25,757 nt of DNA from an uncultured Candidatus Rokubacteria bacterium (GTDB taxonomy: Bacteria; Methylomirabilota; Methylomirabilia; Rokubacteriales; CSP1-6): positions 1-25,757 of the forward strand of contig CAWBMV010000002.1 of assembly GCA_963789955.1 (NCBI GenBank), written 5' to 3'. Numbering within the stretch: the stretch's first letter is position 1; each line of letters begins with the position of its first letter. Positions 1 through 6,993 of the stretch are shown here, in pieces. Under the pieces are notes generated by a model. That model had not been told where the DNA came from. It did no database searches and saw nothing but the letters and a program-made list of their open reading frames with translations. A program made the translations under genes and the position numbers.

Positions 1-707
1 CGCTCGTCGTACAGGGCACCCGTCATCGTCGCCAGCTTGTCGCGGAACTCGCGCGTCGGCGCCGCCATCGAGTGCGTCTCGACCGCCTTCGCGTCGCGCC
101 AGATCTCGATCACCGTGAAGTGATTCGGCCGGCTGATCTGCTGGACGACCTCGAAGCGGAGATTGTCGCGATCACGCCGGGTGTCCTCGCTCAGCCGCTT
201 GAGCGCGGCGACGCCGTCGTCCTTGCGCGGGGGAATGACGTCCACGTGCGTCGCCACATAGATGCCGCCACGCACGGCGGGCGCGTCGATCGGCCCGATC
301 GAGAGCGCGGTGTGCACCCGTTCGTCGGTCGGCGCGTTGCGGATCGCGGCGATCCGGTCGCGCGTCTCGGTGGTGCTGGCACTCTTGCCGTGAGCCTCGA
401 ATGACGTCTGGTCCTTCCAGATCTCGAGGATCGCGAACTGGTGCGGCTGATCGATGCGCTGCACGACCTCGCAGCGCAGATTGCCGCCTTCCTTTTGCGC
501 GCTCTCGCGGTAGCGGCGGAGCAGCGTCATGGCCTCCGCCTTCGAGATCGGCATGACCTCGACGTAGGTGACCGAGTAGATGTTGCCGACGATCGGGGCG
601 GGTGTCGGCGTCGGGGCCGGTGACGGTGTCTGGGCGCGTGCGTCTCCAATCACACCGATCGCCATCACGACCAGTCCGAGCAAGAGAATGCGAACGACCG
701 TGTCCAT
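1..707 (-). CDS. Exported protein with two tandem ABM (antibiotic biosynthesis monooxygenase) domains; 3' end runs off the window
   Basis: Hand translation from ATG at 707, open to the window edge: MDTVVRILLLGLVVMAIGVIGDARA-QTPSPAPTPTPAP (signal peptide plus Pro/Thr linker), then YSVTYVEV...EGGNLRCEVVQRIDQPHQFAILEIWKDQTSFEAH and YVATHVDV...DNLRFEVVQQISRPNHFTVIEIWRDAKAVETH. Not in the ORF track because it has no stop in the window. Confidence 0.85.
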   Translation of the reverse strand, partial: MDTVVRILLLGLVVMAIGVIGDARAQTPSPAPTPTPAPIVGNIYSVTYVEVMPISKAEAMTLLRRYRESAQKEGGNLRCEVVQRIDQPHQFAILEIWKDQTSFEAHGKSASTTETRDRIAAIRNAPTDERVHTALSIGPIDAPAVRGGIYVATHVDVIPPRKDDGVAALKRLSEDTRRDRDNLRFEVVQQISRPNHFTVIEIWRDAKAVETHSMAAPTREFRDKLATMTGALYDE

Positions 708-757
708 GTCGTCACCCCCTCGCATGCTACCCTATGCGCTCGAAGCGCGGAGGAGCT

Positions 758-1531
758 ATGTCAGCGGGGCTCGTCGTGGGGGGAATCGAGCTGGAAGTGC
801 TGCGCCGCGGCGCTGGTCGACCCGTCCTGCTGCTGCACGGCTTGCAGACCGTCGACCCGCGGGCGCCGTTTCTCGACCTGCTCGGCCAGCACGCCGAGAT
901 CATCGCGCCGTCGCATCCCGGCTTCGGCCGCTCGTCGCGGCCGGCCGATTTCGAGACCGTCTACGACCTCGTCCATCTCTATCTCGACGTCCTCGAGTCG
1001 CTGCCGTCACGAGAAGGTGACGTTGATGGGGTTCTCGTTCGGCGGCTGGCTCGCCGCGGAGATCGCCGTCAAGTGCGGCCATCGGCTCGACGGGCTCGTC
1101 CTCGTCGACGCGCTCGGCATCAAGGTCAGCGACCGCGAGACGCCGGACATTCTCGACGTCTTCAACACGCGCCGCCGCGAGGTGCAGCGGCGGAGCTGGC
1201 ACGATCCCGGACGTGGGCGCCCGATTTCGACGCGATGTCGGACGACGAGCTCGTCATCCGCGCCCGCAACTGGGACGCGCTCTGCCTCTATGGCTGGCAT
1301 CCCTACATGTACAACCCGCAGCTCAAGCGCTGGCTGCGCCGCATCGCGGTGCCGACGCTCGTCGCTGTGGGGCGCCAGCGACGGCGTCGTGAAGCCGTGC
1401 GTACGGCCGCGCCTACAGCGAGCTGATTCCCGGCTCGCGCTTCGAGCTGATCGAGCGCGCCGGCCATCATCCCGAGATCGAGCAGCCCGAGGCCTTCGTC
1501 GACACGGTCGTCGAAGTTCCTGAATCGCTGA
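758..1531 (+). CDS. Alpha/beta fold hydrolase (several frameshifts, probably sequencing indels)
   Basis: GGAGGAG SD then ATG 758; LLLHG, HPGFG, nucleophile elbow GFSFGG, LWGASDGVV and GHHPEIEQP are spread across reading frames. The 3' end is approximate. Confidence 0.8.
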
Positions 1532-1555
1532 CGCGGCTTTCGGGGAGAGAGCACG

Positions 1556-2765
1556 ATGGACGCTTGGTACCAGTGCGAGGTGCCCTACCCGTTCGTGCCG
1601 CAGGAGGTGCTCGACCGCGGCCGACTCGGTGCGCGCGAGCCTGCCCAACCGGTACTGCGACCCGAAGGTGGCCGCCGATCTCTTCGAGGAGGTCGATCGA
1701 CGAGTATCTGCTGTGCGACGACCTCGGCCTCAACGTCGGCGCGATCGAGCACCACGCCGGCATCAACTCGCTTCTCGGCGCGAATCCGATGCTGGTCGGC
1801 ATCCTCGCCCGCCAGACGAGGAAGGTGCGCATCCTGAGCCTCGGCACCTTGATCTCGCTGCGCCCGGATCCGGTGCGGGTCGCCGAGGAATACGCGACGG
1901 CGGACGTGATCTCGCGCGGCCGGCTCGAGATCGGCTTCGTCAAATCGGGCGGCAGCGAGATGGCGTCGAGCAACGCGAACCCGGTGGACAACGTCGAGCG
2001 CTACTGGGAGGCGATCGACCTCATCAAGAAGACGCTCACCCCTCACGACGGCCCGTTCAGCTGGGAGGGCAAGCACTTCACCCACCGCCACGTGAACATC
2101 TGGCCCCGCCCTGGCAGCGGCCGCATCCCCGCATGTGGGCGGCCACCGGCGATCCCGCAGACCGCGGCCGAGGTCGGCCGGCGCGGCATGGTCCACGTGC
2201 TCGTGCTGCGCGGCCCCGAGGGAACCAAGCGGGCCTACGCGGCCTATCGCAAGGCGCGCGCCGAGCCGGGCTTGCCGAAGGCGACGACCGACAACTTCGC
2301 CTACGCGGCCTTCGTCTATGTCGGCGACACCGACGAGGAGGGACTGCGCGTCGGGAGCAAGCTGCTGTGGTTTCTCAACACCAGCCTCAAGTCGGCGCCG
2401 CAGTTCTCGAAGTTCCTGCCCGGCACCGCGCCGCCGGAGGCCGCGCCGCAGATCTATCGCACGGCGCCGAAGCCGCACGGCAACGCCGAGACGGGCGTCG
2501 CTCTCGGCGGGCCAGAACGCCGCGCGGCTGACGTCCATGAGCGCCGAGCAGGCCATCGCGCAGGGCATCCTGTTCGCCGGCAATCCGGACACCGTCTACA
2601 AGCAGATCATGGACTTCTACGACAAGGTCGGCGGCTTCGGCCACCTGAGTCATGATCGGCCGCTCGGGCTTCATGACCCACGCCGAGTCGGAAAAGAGCA
2701 TCCGCCTCTTCTCGAACGAAGTCCTGCCGCGTCTTCGCGAGATCAAGCCGGTCACGGTCGACTGA
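1556..2765 (+). CDS. LLM class (luciferase-like) flavin-dependent oxidoreductase (frameshifted)
   Basis: EHH, PVRVAEEYATADVISRGRLEIG, FSWEGKHF...NIWPRPWQRPHP, GNPDTV and SIRLFSNEVLPRL* joined across frames; TGA at 2763-2765. Confidence 0.85.
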
Positions 2766-2768
2766 CGG

Positions 2769-3560
2769 TCAGCGTCCGGTGAAGCGCGGCGCGCGATGCT
2801 CGCGGTGAGCGATCATCCCCTCGTCGATGTCTTTGCTCCATTCCAGGGCGTGACGAAGCGCATCTGATAGCTCTCGCGCCGCGCCGAAGCCGGCCGTGGT
2901 GCGGACGTTCATGATGCGCTTGGCGCCTCGCGTCGCGATCGGGCCGCTGGCCGAGACGCGGGCGGCGAGCGCGTGCGCCTCGGGAAGCAGTCGCGCCGCG
3001 GGATATACCGCGAGCACGAGCCGGAGCCGTTCCATCTCCGCGGCGTCGATCTCGCGCCCGGTGCAGATCAGCTCGAGCGCCCGCGCCCGGCCCACGATAC
3101 CCGGCAGGCGGACGGGGCCGCCGGCGCCAGGGAACCCGCCCCACAGCGCTTCGGGCAGCGCCCACGTCGCGTGCGCCGCGGCCAGCCGGATATCGCACGC
3201 GAGCGAGAGCTCGGCCGCGCCCGCGCGCGCGGCGCCGTTGAACGCCGCGATCACGATCTGCGGCAGGGCTTCGAGCGCATCGTAGAGACGATTCGCCGTG
3301 CGGACCATGTCGAGGATCTGGTCCTTCGTGTAGCTCGCCCGGACGACCGGATTCAGGATCCCCATCGAGAAGAATTCGGCGCCGCCACCGGTGATGACGA
3401 CAGCCTGCGTCTCGTCGTCCTCCCTCAGGCGCTCGACGATTCCCTGCAAGGTCAGCAGCACGTCTCGCGTCAGCCGGTTCTGATCGCCCGGCCTGTCCAG
3501 GGTGATCGTCACGACGCGACCGTCCCGCGCGACCTTGACTTCCTCGGTTCCTGGTGTCAT
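2769..3560 (-). CDS. Enoyl-CoA hydratase/isomerase (crotonase) family protein
   Basis: AGGAG SD, ATG at 3560; [61 protein letters not shown]-terminal RAPRFTGR. Confidence 0.9.
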   Translation of the reverse strand: MTPGTEEVKVARDGRVVTITLDRPGDQNRLTRDVLLTLQGIVERLREDDETQAVVITGGGAEFFSMGILNPVVRASYTKDQILDMVRTANRLYDALEALPQIVIAAFNGAARAGAAELSLACDIRLAAAHATWALPEALWGGFPGAGGPVRLPGIVGRARALELICTGREIDAAEMERLRLVLAVYPAARLLPEAHALAARVSASGPIATRGAKRIMNVRTTAGFGAARELSDALRHALEWSKDIDEGMIAHREHRAPRFTGR

Positions 3561-4192
3561 CCGCGCTCTCCTGTGAGCAGACCGCCGAAGATTCGGGCGC
3601 CGAGCTTGAAGCCTTCGACGAGCGTGGTGCCGGCGCCTTCCGCCGCTGGATTCTCGGCCCGCCACGCCCTCAGGTGCTCTTCCGACCGGAAGAAGTTGAT
3701 CGTCGTTCAGAGCGAATCGGCGATCTTGCAGCGATCGTCGGCCCGCTGACCGATCCAGAGCATCACGTCCGACCCTTCGGGTCGGGGCCCCTCCGGGGTC
3801 GACGTGAGCGCCAGCGGCGCCCCGCAATGATGGCAGCGCGAGCGGATCTCGACCGGTTGCCCGATCATCGGAGCGATGCCGAGCGCGTCCACGGCGCAGC
3901 AGGCGAACCGATCCTGACCATCGGGCAGCCGTACCACGAACGGAGTGGGCGACGCCGTGAACGGATAGGCGACGTCGATCTTCCCGTCCCGGATACGGAT
4001 CAGGTCCTCGTCGTCCAGAGCAACGAAGGCCTGGGAGATCTCGTCGATGGGAACCGGTCCGCCTCGCTCGACGAAGAGCTGGAGGACACGCCGGAACTCC
4101 GGCCTCTCGCGCGCGGCGCGTCGAGCCAGCCAGAGGCTTTGAAAGTCGCGCGCGGCGAACTCCTCGGCCGTCCTGATCTCAAAGCCCGCCAC
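3557..4192 (-). CDS. merB: Organomercurial lyase (MerB)-like protein, predicted selenoprotein (Sec162 encoded by TGA at 3709..3707), 211 aa
   Basis: GTG start with [22 protein letters not shown] (C99/D102), RCHHCG (C120), then [21 protein letters not shown]...TLVEGFKLG, which matches the MerB C-terminal pattern SFCCHVHFFAS...W...SVHEAFGLG. The final TGA at 3559..3557 overlaps the downstream ATG. Confidence 0.88.
3677..3694 (-). promoter_or_regulatory. Bacterial SECIS element (Sec insertion hairpin) inside the merB-like CDS
   Basis: Minus strand reads UGA-ACGACGAUCAAC-UUCUUCC-GGUC-GGAAGAG: 6 Watson-Crick pairs plus one U-G pair, with a 4-nt GGUC loop after a 19-nt spacer from the UGA. Confidence 0.8.
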
Positions 4193-4270
4193 TCGTGCTC
4201 TCCTGTCGGCGCATGGTCTGTTGCCCTACCCGGGAGCAGGATAAACTCTCGCACAAGCCAGGAGGGCGCG

Positions 4271-5155
4271 ATGTACGAGGGCTTCCGCCGCTTCGACATC
4301 CAGACCAGCGATCCACAGGTAGCGATCCGTGGCGTGGTGGGCGGATCGGGCCCGCCGGTGCTGCTCCTGCACGGCAATCCGCTCACGTACTACCACTGGC
4401 GCTTCGTCGCGCCGCGCCTGGCGACGGACTTCACCGTGGTCGCCACCGACCTGCGGGGCTACGGCGACAGCGGCAAGCCGCGCGGCTTACCCGACCACAG
4501 CAACTACTCATTCAGACGCATGGCGCAGGACCAGGTCGACGTCATGCGCGAGCTCGGCTTCGCGCGATTCATGGTGGCCGGCCACGACCGGGGGGCGCGC
4601 ACCGCGTATCGTATGACGCTCGACCATCCGGCGGCAGTGCAGAAGCTCTGCGCGATCGACATCCTGCCGACCCATCACGTGTGGACCCACGTCACGCGCG
4701 AATGGGCGCTCAACAGCTATCACTGGTCGTTCATGGCGCAGCCCTACGATTTCCCCGAGCGTCTCCTGGCCGGCAAGGAGGAGTACTACATCCGCCTCAA
4801 GCTCGGCTCCCAGGGGTTGGGCAAGGGCGGCTTCACGGAAGACGCCATCCGCGAGTACGTGCGCTGCTGCACGCCCGAGAACATCCACGGCGTCTGCGAG
4901 GACTACCGCGCCGGCGCCACGATCGACTTCGAGATGGACAAGAAGGACCTCGATGCCGGGAACAAGATCGCCTGCCCCGTGCTGGTCATCGTCGGCGGCC
5001 AGAGCCACACCGCCAAGTTCTACGGCTATGAAAAAGGCTGGTCGGCCTACGTCACCAATCTCGTCGGCTGTGTGGCGCTGCCGTGCGGCCACTACCCGGC
5101 CGAGCAAGCTCCCGACGAAACCTACACCCAGCTCCACAAGTTCTTCAGCTCCTGA
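4271..5155 (+). CDS. Fluoroacetate/haloacetate dehalogenase-like alpha/beta hydrolase
   Basis: GGAGG SD, ATG 4271; DLRGYGDS, YSFRRMAQD, GHDRGAR, DILPT, YHWSF, CEDYRAG, CGHY; intact frame. Confidence 0.9.
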   Translation: MYEGFRRFDIQTSDPQVAIRGVVGGSGPPVLLLHGNPLTYYHWRFVAPRLATDFTVVATDLRGYGDSGKPRGLPDHSNYSFRRMAQDQVDVMRELGFARFMVAGHDRGARTAYRMTLDHPAAVQKLCAIDILPTHHVWTHVTREWALNSYHWSFMAQPYDFPERLLAGKEEYYIRLKLGSQGLGKGGFTEDAIREYVRCCTPENIHGVCEDYRAGATIDFEMDKKDLDAGNKIACPVLVIVGGQSHTAKFYGYEKGWSAYVTNLVGCVALPCGHYPAEQAPDETYTQLHKFFSS

Positions 5156-5170
5156 GGAGGCGATCGACCG

Positions 5171-5509
5171 ATGAGTGCCGATCCGAAGCAACCGGGTGAG
5201 CTCGACGGTGTGATGGCGCAGGTCGGGCTTGTCGAGTATCAGTCGGGCTCGGTCGTCAGCCGGACGCTCGTCAAGAAGGCCTCCGGCACGATCACGGCTT
5301 TCGCGTTCGACGCCGGTGAAGGTCTCAGCGAGCACACCGCGCCGTATGACGCGCTCGTCCTGGGAGTCGACGGGACGGCCGAGATCTCGATCGCACAGGT
5401 CGCCCACCGCGTTGCAGCGGGGCAGCTCCTCAAGCTGCCCGCGGGTCAGCCACACGCGGTCAAGGCGATCACGCGTTTCAAGATGATCCTCGTGATGATC
5501 AGGGCGTAG
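5171..5509 (+). CDS. Cupin domain protein
   Basis: GAGGAGG SD; FAFDAGEGLSEHTAP and LPAGQPHAV cupin motifs. Confidence 0.88.
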   Translation: MSADPKQPGELDGVMAQVGLVEYQSGSVVSRTLVKKASGTITAFAFDAGEGLSEHTAPYDALVLGVDGTAEISIAQVAHRVAAGQLLKLPAGQPHAVKAITRFKMILVMIRA

Positions 5510-5538
5510 CCGCCGATCGGCCGCCGCTCACCGCGACG

Positions 5539-5979
5539 CTAGAACAGTCCGCCCGTCTGAAAGCTGACGCCGACCACGACGAGCGCCACCGCGAGCGCCG
5601 TGACGACAGCGATGTGCACGGCGAGGAATCTCAAGTTGGAGTCGTCGAGGCGCGGGATCAGCCGCAGCCGCGCATGGAGGGCGAGCGCCACCGTCAGCCC
5701 CAGCAAGACCACCTTCAGGCCGATGCGCGCTTCGAGCGTGTCGCCGAACGCGAGCCAGCGGCTGATCGGGGCGAACTGGCCGGCGAGCCAGGCGCCGGTC
5801 AGCACCTGGATGATGAGCGCCGGAATGCCGATCCGCTCGAAGGGCTCCTCGAATGCGCGCAGGATGCGCGCGTCGCGGCGGGCGAGCGCGCGCGGCAGCA
5901 CAGTGGTCGCGAGCACCAGATGGCCGCCGGCCCAGACGCATGCCCCCAGGACGTGCAAGGTCAGCAGCAGAGCGCGCAC
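5539..5979 (-). CDS. CopD-like four-TM membrane protein
   Basis: LHVLGACVWAGGHL at the N-terminus, four hydrophobic segments, LKVVLL...LHARLRLIP. Confidence 0.75.
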   Translation of the reverse strand: MRALLLTLHVLGACVWAGGHLVLATTVLPRALARRDARILRAFEEPFERIGIPALIIQVLTGAWLAGQFAPISRWLAFGDTLEARIGLKVVLLGLTVALALHARLRLIPRLDDSNLRFLAVHIAVVTALAVALVVVGVSFQTGGLF

Positions 5980-6006
5980 GATGTCACTGATGGATCGGGC
6001 CGCCGT

Positions 6007-6859
6007 CTATCCGGCTGGCACCGGCACCCACGGCTCCGGACAGCTCGGGACGTTCGGGTAATACGCTCCGTAGGCGGGGCAGTAGTACCAGTACGGCGCC
6101 GGTGCGGGCAGCGCCGGGTAAGCCGGACCCGGATAGCCCCACCCCCCGTACCATGGCCATGCCGGCCAGACGCCGACGAAACCCCCGCCGCCATGTGGAT
6201 GACCGGGAAAATGACCGGGCGGATGACCGGGCACATGTCCGGGCCCGCCAGGAGGATGCGGGGCCGCGCCCCCACCAGGGGGCCTCGGTCCACCTCCACC
6301 CGGGTGCCCGGAAAATCCCCCGCCCCCGCGGGCAGCGGAAGTCGCGGCGATCCCGGGAGGATCGGAGGGGTCGTCTGCGTTGAGAAGACTGACGAGCTTG
6401 ACGCGCTGCTCCGGGCGCAACTGCGCTTTGCCGGTCTCGATCGCGCGCAAGCGCATCATTTCAGAGCTCACCCCCGGCGACGGAGATTTCTCGAATCTTC
6501 GCCTCCAATCGCGCCAGGTCGAGCGGCTTGGTCGGATCGATCGGATCGAGCATCGTGGTCAGGTCTACGAGCGCGATCTGCCATTCGGCCTGCCGGCGGA
6601 TCGCCTCGCGGGCGAAGTCGAGGCTGAGGCGCTCGATGGTCTCCACTTGAGCCTTCGAGAGCCCGAGCGGCCCCTTCTGTCGAAGGATCTGCGCGAGCAG
6701 CGGCACGGCTCGGTCCCGCCACTCAGCCGATGGCGATGGCGCCTGTACAGGCGGTGAAACCGACTGCTGATCGGGCGTGCCCACCGGCTGCTGACCAGTG
6801 GCCGATCCCGTGATCATCAAAATACCTGCAACGCCGCCGAGAACAGCCTTGAGTCCCAT
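6007..6859 (-). CDS. Periplasmic Spy/CpxP/ZraP-like protein with a Gly/Pro/His-rich tail and a C-terminal YWYYC..YYP..C motif (one frameshift near 6472-6480)
   Basis: GGAGG SD, ATG 6859; signal peptide; LGLSKAQVETIE...DLARLEAKIREI in one frame continues as MRLRAIETGKAQLRPEQRVKL (LTxxQ-type motif) in the adjacent frame. Confidence 0.7.
6197..6244. repeat. Four imperfect 12-bp tandem repeats encoding (PGHx)4 on the minus strand
   Basis: ggatgaccggga / aaatgaccgggc / ggatgaccgggc / acatgtccgggc on the + strand. Confidence 0.85.
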
Positions 6860-6880
6860 GGATGCCTCCACGAGACGTTC

Positions 6881-6896
6881 AGCAATGGAAGTGCCA
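6881..6896 (-). promoter_or_regulatory. Sigma-54 (-24/-12) promoter of the ZraP/Spy-like gene
   Basis: Minus strand TGGCAC-TTCCA-TTGCT, with exact GG-N10-GC spacing, about 20 nt upstream of ATG 6859. Confidence 0.72.
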
Positions 6897-6993
6897 CCGC
6901 GCGCGTGAGCGGAAGTAGGTGTTCTGCAACGATCTTTCGGAGCGCCACGGCTCGGCGGTTGGGGCGTCGGCGCCTCGCCGAGGCGGACGCTGG

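Noticed and set aside
3707..4192. 161-aa truncated MerB or merB pseudogene, as given by the ORF track
   Set aside because: MerB similarity continues past the TGA, the codon aligns to catalytic Cys159, a SECIS-like hairpin follows, and the extended frame ends in an ATGA overlap.
3554..4270. 239-aa N-terminal extension of the dehalogenase (ORF 3554..5155)
   Set aside because: It is the antisense shadow of the merB-like gene; the real start is ATG 4271 with a GGAGG SD.
6197..6244. CRISPR-like or regulatory repeat array
   Set aside because: Units are 12 bp, contiguous, have no spacers and are in frame within a CDS.
6461..6463. Second possible Sec codon (TGA in the ZraP/Spy-like gene)
   Set aside because: The sequence after it in the same frame is not protein-like, the family-like continuation is in another frame, and I see no SECIS-like hairpin; a frameshift explains it.
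6470..6480. Programmed ribosomal frameshift at the G-run
   Set aside because: No canonical slippery heptamer or stimulatory structure seen; a homopolymer sequencing error is simpler.
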